From Dehalococcoidia bacterium (lineage in GTDB: Bacteria > Chloroflexota > Dehalococcoidia > Lucifugimonadales > UBA3495): DNA of 64,000 bases. This document shows positions 19,312 through 28,623 of the stretch, in pieces. The notes beneath the pieces were generated by a model. That model did no database searches. It was given only the letters and a program-made list of their open reading frames with translations, and had not been told where the DNA came from. The position numbers were made by a program, and so were the translations under genes. The DNA lies in the NCBI GenBank assembly GCA_963668505.2, contig CAXXWY010000022.1:86613-150612 (forward strand), given 5' to 3'. How positions within the stretch are numbered: position 1 is the stretch's first letter; every line of letters starts with the position of its first letter.

Positions 19312-21630
19312 ATGCCAGGCACCCTAGACGGCATCCGCGTCGTCGATTTCGGACAATACATTGCCGGTCCCCTAGCCGGCATGCTGCTGGCAGACCAGGG
19401 GGCGGACGTCATCAAGGTAGACCCGCCGGGAGGACCCCGCTGGGAAACCCCGGGCAACGCCACCTGGAACCGGGGCAAACGCAGCATCGTCCTCGACCTG
19501 AAATGTGCAGACGGCCTGGCCGCCGCACGGGGGCTGGTCGAATCCGCCGACGTTGTGGTGGAAAACTTTCGACCCGGCGTGATGAACCGCCTGGGCCTGG
19601 GGCCGGCGGACATAACCATGGCCAACCCACGGCTGGTGTACTGCTCCCTGCCCGGATTCGCATCCGATGACCCCCGCGCCGGCGTTCCCGCTTACGAAGG
19701 CGTGGTTGCCGCCGCCGCCGCAACGTTCCTGGTGGAGTCGGGTAACAACGAAAGCGACCGCCCGGTCTATGCCGCCCTCCCTATAGCCTCGACCTTTGCG
19801 GCCTTCCAGGGCGTCGTCGGCATCGTCATGGCCCTCAACGCCCGAGAGCGGGATGGGACGGGGCAGCACGTCGAAGTGCCCCTATTCGACGCCATGTTCA
19901 CCACCAACGCCTACCGGGCTATGAGTCATCACGACCCTTCCAACGGCGTGACTTATCCGTACAGCAATGGCAGGTTTGGCGAACCCCGGCATTATGGCCC
20001 ATGGAACGGCTTTTATCGGTGCCAGGATGGCCGCTGGTTCTACTTCAATGGCTCGTCGAACCGGAACTGGAGAGAGGTCGTGGCGGCGGCGGGGATCACT
20101 TCCTGGGACGCCGAGGGCCTGACCGATTTCACTGTTTTGGACAGAGATCAGTCAGTGGCCGCGGAGGCCATCCGGCGCGCGGAGGAGCTATTCATAACCC
20201 GCACGGCCCAGGAGTGGGAGGAACTGGTGGCCGAGGCGGGCGGAGAAGGAGCCCTCTGCCGCACCAGCGAGGAGTGGATCAGGCATCCACACACCCGGGA
20301 ATCCGGGATGATGGTGCAAATAGACGACCCGGTCTACGGCAAGATGCTGCAACCCAACGTCAACGTCCGCATGTCGCGGACGCCGGGCAACGTGAGGGGC
20401 CCGGCGCCCGTCCCGGACCAGCACCGCGAGGAGATTCTCTCGGGGCTGGCTTCCCGCCGGCCGGACCATGGCCGCCCGGCAGCAGAGGCGGGCGTGCGAG
20501 CCGCCGTGGATGGGGTGCGGGTGCTGGACCTGTGCATTGAGCTGGCTGGACCCACCTTGGGGCGCACCATGGCCGAGTTCGGGGCCGACGTAATCAAGAT
20601 CAACCACCCCGGACGTGAAGAAGTGGTGGTCCTGCACAACGACATCAACCAGGGCAAGCGCAGCATTCTCCTGGACCTGCAGGCGGAGGAAGGCCGTGAG
20701 GTGTTCTGGAGGCTGCTCGAGGACGCAGACGTGGTGGTCGAGAACTACAGGGCCGGCAAGCTTGAGAAGCTGGGCTTGGACTACGAAGCGGTGCGCAAGC
20801 GCAAGCCGGACATCATTTACGCTTCTCTGAAGGCCTACGGTCATGCGGGACCCTGGGCCGGACGCCCCGGCCACGACCCCTTCGTGCAGGCGGTCACGGG
20901 TATGGCCGTGCGGTTCGGCGGCAGCGGAGTCCCGGTGCAACAGCCCAGTCCGATAAACGACTACGGCACTGGCTTCATGGGCGCATATGGCGTGGCCTTG
21001 GCCCTGCTGCACCGGCGGCGTACCGGCGAGGGACAATTGGTGGATGCCTCGCTGGCCTATACGGCCCTAACCTTCCAGTCTCCCTTCATGCAGTCCTACC
21101 AGGGCAAGATCTGGGACGAGCCTAAGGGCCAGGATGTCCTGGGGGACGGTCCTCTGCACCGCGCCTACCGGGCCCGGGACGCCTGGCTGTTCCTGGGCGC
21201 CCGGACCGGGGACCTGCCGCGTATAGCGGACGTCGGCGGACTGGAGGGCATAGATTTGTTGCGGGGCGAGGCGCTGGCGCGTGCTTTGGAGGCCCGCTTC
21301 CCGGCCAAGTTGGTCAAAGCCTGGGTCAAGGAACTCAACGCCGCCGGCATCGGCGCCCACCAGGTGGTGGGAGACTTTGCCGATTTGATGTTCGACCCCT
21401 GGGTGCAAGCCCACGGCCTGAGCCTTACCCGGGAGCACGAAGAAATCGGGCTGTTGACCACCTGTGGCCCGGCGTTCCGACTGTCCCGAACCCCGGTCCG
21501 CGCCGGACATCCGGCGCCAAAGCCGGGCTGGCACGCTCGTGAAATCCTGGAGGATCACGGCCTGGGCGGGCAGTATCAGAGTTTGGTGGACGCCGGCGTG
21601 ATCGTGGTCGACGGCGTCAAAGCCGGCTGA
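19312..21630 (+). CDS. Tandem fusion of two family-III (CaiB/BaiF) CoA-transferase modules
   Basis: 772-aa ORF; GIRVVDFGQYIAGPLAGMLLADQGADVIKVDPPGG at the N-terminus and a second GVRVLDLCIELAGPTLGRTMAEFGADVIKINHPG about 395 aa later. Confidence 0.85.
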   Translation: MPGTLDGIRVVDFGQYIAGPLAGMLLADQGADVIKVDPPGGPRWETPGNATWNRGKRSIVLDLKCADGLAAARGLVESADVVVENFRPGVMNRLGLGPADITMANPRLVYCSLPGFASDDPRAGVPAYEGVVAAAAATFLVESGNNESDRPVYAALPIASTFAAFQGVVGIVMALNARERDGTGQHVEVPLFDAMFTTNAYRAMSHHDPSNGVTYPYSNGRFGEPRHYGPWNGFYRCQDGRWFYFNGSSNRNWREVVAAAGITSWDAEGLTDFTVLDRDQSVAAEAIRRAEELFITRTAQEWEELVAEAGGEGALCRTSEEWIRHPHTRESGMMVQIDDPVYGKMLQPNVNVRMSRTPGNVRGPAPVPDQHREEILSGLASRRPDHGRPAAEAGVRAAVDGVRVLDLCIELAGPTLGRTMAEFGADVIKINHPGREEVVVLHNDINQGKRSILLDLQAEEGREVFWRLLEDADVVVENYRAGKLEKLGLDYEAVRKRKPDIIYASLKAYGHAGPWAGRPGHDPFVQAVTGMAVRFGGSGVPVQQPSPINDYGTGFMGAYGVALALLHRRRTGEGQLVDASLAYTALTFQSPFMQSYQGKIWDEPKGQDVLGDGPLHRAYRARDAWLFLGARTGDLPRIADVGGLEGIDLLRGEALARALEARFPAKLVKAWVKELNAAGIGAHQVVGDFADLMFDPWVQAHGLSLTREHEEIGLLTTCGPAFRLSRTPVRAGHPAPKPGWHAREILEDHGLGGQYQSLVDAGVIVVDGVKAG

Positions 21631-21732
21631 ATCGGGCGGCGCCGTGCACGCAGTGGGCTAGCGCCTTCCAGGAATACTCTCCGGCGGGGGCGGTTAGCCG
21701 CGCCCCTTCGCCGGCCCTGACCTACTCGCCGC

Positions 21733-22449
21733 CTATGCCGCGCAGCAGGCCCCTCGGCACCGGCGCAGGGCAAAGAAACAACGGGAACAGAAGCAGACCA
21801 GGGCGGCATAATATTCGTGTGCTTTCGAGCGCTGATCATGATGTTCCGCGTGGCCATAGAAGTTCTCCCTGCCCTCCTTTAATAAGAAGGGAATCAGCAA
21901 CAAGGCTGACACCGGGTCGGCCCACCACCAGGAAAACAAGGTGTTGAAGCCCAAGCCAATCAGAATGGTCATGTCCTGCATGTCGCAGAACAGGCTTTCC
22001 ATCGCCTCCGCTCTCAAGGACCGGGACTGCATCCGTGCGGCAATGCGCATCTTGCCCACGTAAAGCGCTCCCATCACCACGGCGCTGGCCACCATTATTC
22101 CAACGCCCGCCAGGCTGGGCTCCGGCTCGGGCAGCCACCCGAGCAGGCTGGCCCCGGAGTGCAAGGCAATGTATGCCGCCAGCAGGAAGAAGCTTAGCCC
22201 CACCAGCCTCTGCGCCCTGCGCTCCGCAGCCGCTTCGTCCACTCCATCACGCTCTTGCCGCAGCCGCATTACCAGGACGCCGCCGGCGAATAGCTCGACC
22301 AAGCTGTCCAGGCTGAAAGCCAGGAGCGCCACGCTCCCCGCTTGTACTCCCGCCCACAAAGCGACCCCGGCCTCCACCAAATTCCAAACAAGGCCGGCAA
22401 TAACCAGAACAAGGGCCGTCCGCCGAAGGCTATCCGGTTGAAGCGTCAA
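21733..22449 (-). CDS. Cation-efflux (CDF-like) transmembrane-domain protein with Cys-rich tail
   Basis: 238-aa ORF (TTG start); 5-6 TM helices, SLDSLVE and LLKEGRE patterns, C-terminal CFCSRC...CRGACC. Confidence 0.5.
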   Translation of the reverse strand: MTLQPDSLRRTALVLVIAGLVWNLVEAGVALWAGVQAGSVALLAFSLDSLVELFAGGVLVMRLRQERDGVDEAAAERRAQRLVGLSFFLLAAYIALHSGASLLGWLPEPEPSLAGVGIMVASAVVMGALYVGKMRIAARMQSRSLRAEAMESLFCDMQDMTILIGLGFNTLFSWWWADPVSALLLIPFLLKEGRENFYGHAEHHDQRSKAHEYYAALVCFCSRCFFALRRCRGACCAA

Positions 22450-22538
22450 AGACAGGTCCTCCTTTTTCCGCCTAACCGTGTCTGAAATCGATAGTCCTGG
22501 CCTGGGACAACTCCACAGCCCGCCTCAAGCAGGCACTA

Positions 22539-23629
22539 CTATTGTAATAGAAGCCAGTCTAACAGGGCATCCACAAAGCCGTCGCCGTAGCCCGGTGCGT
22601 GGCCGCTGCCTTCGCCCACCCAGATCTCGATGTTGATGTCCGCGGCGCAGCCCGACTCCAGGCGAAATGTTCCGGTCTCGGGACCCGGTACAAATTCGTC
22701 TAGATCAAGGGTAGCATAAGGCTCCGGAGCTTCGGGCCATTCGCACCCGGCCAAGCGGCTCCAGCGCATGACCATGTCCCAGGCGCCCAAGTAAAAATCA
22801 CGCTGTCCGCGGTGCCGTGCACGTGCAGGACCGACACTGGTGGAGCGTCGGCGCAACTGGAGTTCTCCACGTAGCTGGTGCCGGCCAGGCCCGCCACTGC
22901 CCGCAGGTCGGGCAGGCCCTTGCAGGCCATGTGGTGCGCCATGAACCCGCCGTTGGAGTAACCGAAGAAGTAGACCGGCCCGAAGCGCTTGACCTTGTTC
23001 GCCCCCGCCACCAGCTCGGTCAGATAGGCCACGTCGTTCTCGCCCGACTTACCTCCGTCACAGCAATGGTCGGTGGGGTTCCAGAAGCGGTTCCCTTCGG
23101 CGTCCAGGGTCCCGTTGGGCAGCAGAAAAGCGAACCCGCGGGCGTTCACCCGCTGGTGAAGCGGTACGTAGCTCAGGAGGTCTGCGGAATCACTCCCGTA
23201 GCCGTGAAGAGAGACGATGAGGGGAGTCCCCCCGTCAATAAAATCCACCGGCGTCACCAGGACTGTTCGGGTTTCCCGTCCGGGATGGTCGACCAAGTGG
23301 ACCTCGCCTCCGGAATCCGCCGGCAGCGACGATTTGCCGGGCTTGGCCTGGTCCCATTGCTCTTTTCCTGGGGAGACCGGCTTTGCTACAGGGGCGGCGT
23401 CTTTGTCGACGCCTTGGGTCCCGGCGTTCGTTTCATCGGTCTTCCCACCAGGAACGGCAATATCGCCCTGTAAGTCATCGTTCTCGTCTGCAAGGAGTTG
23501 AGGGGACTGCTCCAATGGGGTGGCCTGGGTATCGGGCTCGCCTCCGGCGAAATCTCGGCTTTCGCCGCCGCACGCCGTCAAGCCGGCGGCCAGCAGCAGG
23601 TAGGCTGCCGCTGCGACAAACCACAGCAT
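22539..23629 (-). pseudogene. PHB-depolymerase-family esterase (LpqC-like) lipoprotein with one apparent frameshift
   Basis: ORF 22700..23758 (lipobox LTACGG; VSLHGYGSD; GYSNGG; HVHGTADSVI) continues in ORF 22539..22856 (FYLGAWDMVMRW...GC); frames rejoin if the A5 run at 22793-22797 (T5 in the coding sense) is T6. Confidence 0.7.
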
Positions 23630-23854
23630 AGAGCCGGCCCGTATGCGCTGCCGGGGCAGCCGTCGTGAGGGCGAGCGCTGTAGGTCGGCGCTCCCTGAAC
23701 ATGTCCTTTGCAAGGGCATCATTCCTTTGCGGCAGGGTTTTCCGCCCGGCCAATCCATTGTGTTAACGCAGAAAATACATCAGCCCTACGCCGTGGTGCA
23801 ACGACATGCCGGGAGTCGGCGACAGCCGGGGCTGCGCCGTAATATGATAAATGC

Positions 23855-25039
23855 ATGCACCCAACGCGTCAGATACGCCCCGTCGCCCTTTTGGTCACAG
23901 CCGCGCTATTGGTCTTCATCCTGGGGTCGTGCGGCGACGGAACTGGTGAATCACCGGTCTCCTCGCCGGCGGCAACCCCGTCACCTACTCCCACCGTCGC
24001 CGCAACCCCTCCGCCCTCACCGGTTCCCGCGGGTTCACCCGATCCGACCCTTGCCCCGGCGGCAATTGACGGCGTCGTGCGGCTCCCACACGACGAAGGC
24101 GTCCACCTTTCGCCCCTTGAATGGTGGTACTTCAACGGCCACTTGGCTACCGAAGACGGGCAAAGTTTCAGCTACCATTTCGTCACCTTCCAGTCGGCGC
24201 TGACCTCCGGTCTGACGCCCCGCGTGGTCCAGTTAAGCTGGGCCGACCACGCCGAGGGCCTGCACTTGACCGGAGAGCAGGCCGCCGTGACTACGTCCGA
24301 AACTTCGTCGGGGCGGTTTGACCTCTCCACCAACGCCTGGCGCATGAGCGGGGACGGCGAAACTTATCATCTCTCTTTCCAGTTAGATGACTACGTAGTC
24401 GAGCTTGAAGCGAATTTACAAAAGCCGGCGGTTCTACATCACGGCGGCGGGCTTGTGGACCTGGGTATAGCTGGCAAGACTTATTACTACTCCCGCACCG
24501 ACCTCACCACGTCGGGCTCTGTGTCGGTATCCGGCGTCTCCCACCCCGTCGCCGGGACCTCTTGGATGGACCACCAGTGGGGCGACTTCACCATTGTAGA
24601 CATCGGCTGGAACTGGCTCAGCCTCAACTTGGACGACGGTTCCGACCTCATGGTCTCGGTGGTCTGGGAGCAGGACGGCGGCGGGCACATTGCGACCTAC
24701 GGAACCTACGTCCCGCCCGGCTCCCCTCCGGTGCACTTGCCCGGTGGGGATATTTCCCTCGACCCCACCGGGACCTGGACAAGTCCCAACACCGGCGGAA
24801 CCTATCCCATGGGTTGGAACCTGAGCATACACTCCCTGGGCCTTGATCTTGCTCTAGATCCGGCAATCGAAGAGTCCGAGTTCTACGACAGCGAATTTAT
24901 ACCAGTGGTGTATTGGGAAGGAGCAGTTGCAGCCACGGGGAGCAAACACGGCCGCGCCGTGTCCGGCAACGGCTTCGTGGAGATGGTTGGCTACGTGCCC
25001 TCCGACCTGAGGGCCTTGCCAACTCCGCCGGCGCAGTAA
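23855..25039 (+). CDS. Secreted lipocalin-like (AttH/CrtC-N-like) domain protein
   Basis: 394-aa ORF; lipobox ILGSCGDG; PHDEGVHLSPLEWWYFNGHL...SFSYHFVTF typical of AttH-like predicted secreted hydrolases. Confidence 0.6.
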   Translation: MHPTRQIRPVALLVTAALLVFILGSCGDGTGESPVSSPAATPSPTPTVAATPPPSPVPAGSPDPTLAPAAIDGVVRLPHDEGVHLSPLEWWYFNGHLATEDGQSFSYHFVTFQSALTSGLTPRVVQLSWADHAEGLHLTGEQAAVTTSETSSGRFDLSTNAWRMSGDGETYHLSFQLDDYVVELEANLQKPAVLHHGGGLVDLGIAGKTYYYSRTDLTTSGSVSVSGVSHPVAGTSWMDHQWGDFTIVDIGWNWLSLNLDDGSDLMVSVVWEQDGGGHIATYGTYVPPGSPPVHLPGGDISLDPTGTWTSPNTGGTYPMGWNLSIHSLGLDLALDPAIEESEFYDSEFIPVVYWEGAVAATGSKHGRAVSGNGFVEMVGYVPSDLRALPTPPAQ

Positions 25040-25116
25040 TAGGTTGGCGATTCTCGTTGGCCGTCTCTCTGCCCTCTCCGGCGCTGCGGCCGGCTCCGTT
25101 TATCTACAGGCCGGGG

Positions 25117-26391
25117 CTACTGCGCCACGAAGGTCTGGGCGTGGACCGAGTTCACCCTAACGGTGTATTCCGCCCCGGACTCGAAGTCGGATCCCAGCGG
25201 TACGATGGTTTCTACTATGGGATAGTCCGCGGTGCAGACGCCCTCTTGGTCGGCTACCTCGTGGTGGGTGATGGCCACCTCTATGACGTTGGACCGGCGG
25301 CTGATTTCGTACCCGTTGAACTGCGAGCAGATGCTGCCCCTGGGCATCCCCGATACGACTAGCAGTTGGTACTGGGCCGGATAAATCTCCAGAATCAACA
25401 TCTCTACGCTTTCCACCGGTGATTCTGCGATTACCGTGGGCCCCATGGCGGGATCCGGTATGCTGAAAGTGGTGGGCTCCACCCCGTTTACCATCACCCG
25501 GTACGTCTGCCCCGGTTCCAGGGGCGTTCCCACGGCCAGAACGGTGTCCAGTTCCACCACTTCTTCGTCGCAGGAATTCGCCCCCGCAGTCGCCGGCTGC
25601 ATCAACGTTACCCTGGCAATGATGTCGTAGCCCGCCACTTCCAGTCCTTGGCTGCCGGGACGGGCGCAGTTTTCTATGGCGGACTGGTGATAGGCGACCC
25701 GCAGCAACGGTTCCGGCTCGCCTGGTATTAGGTTGGCCCAAACAACGGGCGCCAGGACCTCCATCCAGGAAATCCCGTCCTCCCCGTTTTCGTCGTCTTC
25801 CACCGGTTCCGGCGTAGGCTCCACCGTTTCCGGTGTGGGCTCCACTGGCTCTGGCGTAGGCTCCACCGTTTCCGGTGTGGGCTCCACTGGCTCTGGCGTG
25901 GGCTCCACCGTTTCGGGCGTGGGTTCCTGCGTAGGCTCCACCTGCGTCAACACCATGTCCACCTTGTCGGGGTTGCCCTGGGTTATCACTTCATGCGCCG
26001 TATCGTTGATAAAGGCGACGCTGCCGTCGGATTCGACGATGCTGGCGCTTATCGCATAGCGATTCTCCGGGTCAATGTCTTCACGGTCATATTCGAGGGT
26101 AAATTCGATAGGCCCTTGACCTGGGTCGGAGATGGTCTGCTGGGCAATGGGAGTGGCCGGAGAATCGGCATGCGAAACGTCTCGCAACTCTACTATGAGG
26201 GTTGCGCTGCCGGTATTCCCTGGCGGTTCCCGGTAGGTGACCGTACCGGCAACCGATGCGTTGGTGGGCTGGTTAGATGCCGCGTCCGGCTTCGTCTCTG
26301 GCGAATCGGCTGCTCCCTGGCATGCGGCCCCCATAACCAAAGCCCAGATCCCGATGAACGATACCAAGGCGGTCTTGACTTTTATCTTCAC
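25117..26391 (-). CDS. Secreted protein with YbaY-like lipoprotein domain and EPTPETV repeats
   Basis: 424-aa ORF; signal peptide; GTVTYRE...LIVELRDVSHADSPATPIAQQTI...RYAISASIVESDGSVAFIND resembles YbaY. Confidence 0.55.
   Translation of the reverse strand: MKIKVKTALVSFIGIWALVMGAACQGAADSPETKPDAASNQPTNASVAGTVTYREPPGNTGSATLIVELRDVSHADSPATPIAQQTISDPGQGPIEFTLEYDREDIDPENRYAISASIVESDGSVAFINDTAHEVITQGNPDKVDMVLTQVEPTQEPTPETVEPTPEPVEPTPETVEPTPEPVEPTPETVEPTPEPVEDDENGEDGISWMEVLAPVVWANLIPGEPEPLLRVAYHQSAIENCARPGSQGLEVAGYDIIARVTLMQPATAGANSCDEEVVELDTVLAVGTPLEPGQTYRVMVNGVEPTTFSIPDPAMGPTVIAESPVESVEMLILEIYPAQYQLLVVSGMPRGSICSQFNGYEISRRSNVIEVAITHHEVADQEGVCTADYPIVETIVPLGSDFESGAEYTVRVNSVHAQTFVAQ
25801..25950. repeat. 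42-bp tandem repeat (about 3 units) encoding EPTPETVEPTPEPV
   Basis: ctccaccgtttccggtgtgggctccactggctctggcgtagg at 25819-25860 and 25861-25902, with partial units either side. Confidence 0.85.
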
Positions 26392-26510
26392 TGGTAAACC
26401 TCGGCCACGACTACAAGATTTGGTCTATCCATATAGACGCCGACCGAAGCAAATTGGTTCCCGCCAGGCCCAATTCCCTTGTCGAAGCGCGCCGGCTGCC
26501 GGAGGCCCGA

Positions 26511-27698
26511 TTACCTTGGGTGCACCTCCAGGTAGCCAACGTCGTACTCGTCCTCCGCTGCGTGAGCCTCTCCGCCGTCCTGTTCCGTTGCGCCGTGGTG
26601 GTGCGCCTCGGCTTCCTCTTCCTCCGCCGGGGCATGGATCGTAATAGACCCCGCCACCTCGTCGCCCTGCCAGTGGTAGGTCTTCCCCCGGTTGCCGACC
26701 AGAGACACGGTGATTTCATGCATCCCCGGTTCCAGGCCGGGCAGCTTCAGCCAGGGGGAATAAAGCCTGGCGTGGAACTCGCCGTCGATGAACACGTACC
26801 CGAACCCTTCCCCGGAAACGTGGTCACCGCCCGCGTTCTGGGGCGTGAATTCGAATCCGGTAGGTATTGCCTGCAGGTTGTACCCCCCCAGGGGGTCTGG
26901 ATTGGCCATGACTTCCACCGACATGGCGTCGCCGGTATCCACTGGCGACTGGTCAGGTTCGCCTACACCGCTGCTCTCTTTGATGGCGATCATCGTCGAG
27001 GCTTCCAACTTCTGGCCGTTATAGGTCAGTTCGTTGTGGCTGTTGGTGTTGAGAGTAACCTGGATTTCCCGCGTTCCCGGCTCCAAGCCGGTCAGGTGGT
27101 GATAAGGGCCGTAGACCCGGTTGATTTTGACGCCGTCCACGTAAACGTGGGCGTGGCCCGCTCCCGGAGCATTGGCCATGTTGACCTCTTCCGGGGCCCA
27201 CCGCCAGCCGTCGGTGTCAATGCGCACGTTTACGCCGCCGGCTCCGTCCTGTTCTGCCGTGACTGAAATGCTGATGGGATTTTCAGACTCCAGGACGTCG
27301 TGGCTCCCATGCTGGTGGGAGCTGGCTGAACCGGCATGCCCGTGGCCGCCGCCGGACGCCGGGTGGAAGGCGATGCGATAGCGCCCTGTGGCGTTGGCGA
27401 CGAATACCAAGTCCGCAACCGTCCCCGGCGTCACTTCCGCTTCGTGGTCATACCCGTGAAGATGCAGAGCGCCGGGCGCGTCGCTCTCGATTTTCAGGGT
27501 TACCGTGTCGTCCTGGTTTACCCGGATAGTTTCGGGGACCAACTGCTTGTCCCGCAACGAAACGTCAACCTCGACGTTCTGGGGATCGCCTGCCCCGCAG
27601 GCCGCGGCAAGGAAGCCAATCACGGCCATCAATAAGGCCGGCCCGGCGAAATAAACCATCGTCTTTAGATGCAAGGACAATCCCAATCTAGCCTCCAT
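26511..27698 (-). CDS. Secreted protein with cupredoxin-like N-domain, two related beta-sandwich repeats and a His/Glu-rich tail
   Basis: 395-aa ORF; signal peptide with AACGAG; VTLKIESDAPGALHLHGYDHE; repeats HAHVYVDGVKINRVYGPYHHLTGLEPG and GYVFIDGEFHARLYSPWLKLPGLEPG; tail EAEAHHHGATEQDGGEAH. Confidence 0.45.
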   Translation of the reverse strand: MEARLGLSLHLKTMVYFAGPALLMAVIGFLAAACGAGDPQNVEVDVSLRDKQLVPETIRVNQDDTVTLKIESDAPGALHLHGYDHEAEVTPGTVADLVFVANATGRYRIAFHPASGGGHGHAGSASSHQHGSHDVLESENPISISVTAEQDGAGGVNVRIDTDGWRWAPEEVNMANAPGAGHAHVYVDGVKINRVYGPYHHLTGLEPGTREIQVTLNTNSHNELTYNGQKLEASTMIAIKESSGVGEPDQSPVDTGDAMSVEVMANPDPLGGYNLQAIPTGFEFTPQNAGGDHVSGEGFGYVFIDGEFHARLYSPWLKLPGLEPGMHEITVSLVGNRGKTYHWQGDEVAGSITIHAPAEEEEAEAHHHGATEQDGGEAHAAEDEYDVGYLEVHPR

Positions 27699-27890
27699 TT
27701 CTAAACATGCTGCCCGCAGGTATGAGACCTTTGCATAACTTCACCAAAGAGCATAACCTGCGGAGAGCGGACGGCATTTTCTAACCTGGCCCCCATCCCT
27801 GGATTCCGGGTCGGGGGCCGGGATGACGGTTGCCTAAAGGTCTCCATTCATCAAGAACCCTCGGAGCGCCGGCCATTAGGCAATGCAGAG

Positions 27891-28388
27891 TCAGCCCCGG
27901 TCAACTTCGTTCAGCCGCCCGGTGGCGCAGTCGTATATGAATCCCCGGATCTGGTCCTTGTTGGGAATGAACGGGCTGGCCTTAATGCGGCCTATGGACT
28001 GCCGCACGTCCTGTTCCAGGTTTCCGAACGCCTCCAGCGCAAAGGCGGGCCGCAGGCCGGTGTCCGCTTCTATCGCGTCTTTCAGGTCGTCGTCCCGGAA
28101 GGTCGTCATCCCGCACTCCGTGTGGTGTACCAGCATAATCTCCCGGGTGCCCAGCAGGCGTTGGGAAATGACCAGCGAACGGATAACGTCGTCCGTGACC
28201 ACCCCTCCGGCATTGCGGATCACGTGGGCGTCGCCTTCCTGCAGACCCAGGAGCTTGTGGGTGTCCAGGCGGGCGTCCATGCAGGCGACGACAGCCACTT
28301 TGCGGGCCGGGGGCGCCGCCAAATTACCCTTGTCAAAGCGGGCGGCGTACTGCGCATTGTTGCTCAGAAGTTCGTCTACTGCTGTCAC
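27891..28388 (-). CDS. Beta-class carbonic anhydrase
   Basis: 165-aa ORF; CMDARLD and HHTECGM zinc-ligand motifs. Confidence 0.85.
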   Translation of the reverse strand: MTAVDELLSNNAQYAARFDKGNLAAPPARKVAVVACMDARLDTHKLLGLQEGDAHVIRNAGGVVTDDVIRSLVISQRLLGTREIMLVHHTECGMTTFRDDDLKDAIEADTGLRPAFALEAFGNLEQDVRQSIGRIKASPFIPNKDQIRGFIYDCATGRLNEVDRG

Positions 28389-28623
28389 CTGAAGCTCCGC
28401 GCAGAGGAAATCGGATGTCTTGGCAAGTATCCAACAGGGTTACTCGCTTTTCAAGCATATCAGACCTTGCGTCTACCCTCTCGGGGGCCTTGTAGGCGGC
28501 GGCTCAGGTTGACGGCAGTCCAGGCAACGATTAAGATACCTTGCGTTACGTTATGAAAGTCCACCGGTCCGTCATCGGCCTGCGATGGGGCGGTCCTGGC
28601 AAAGATAAACAGCCGGAGGGCGT

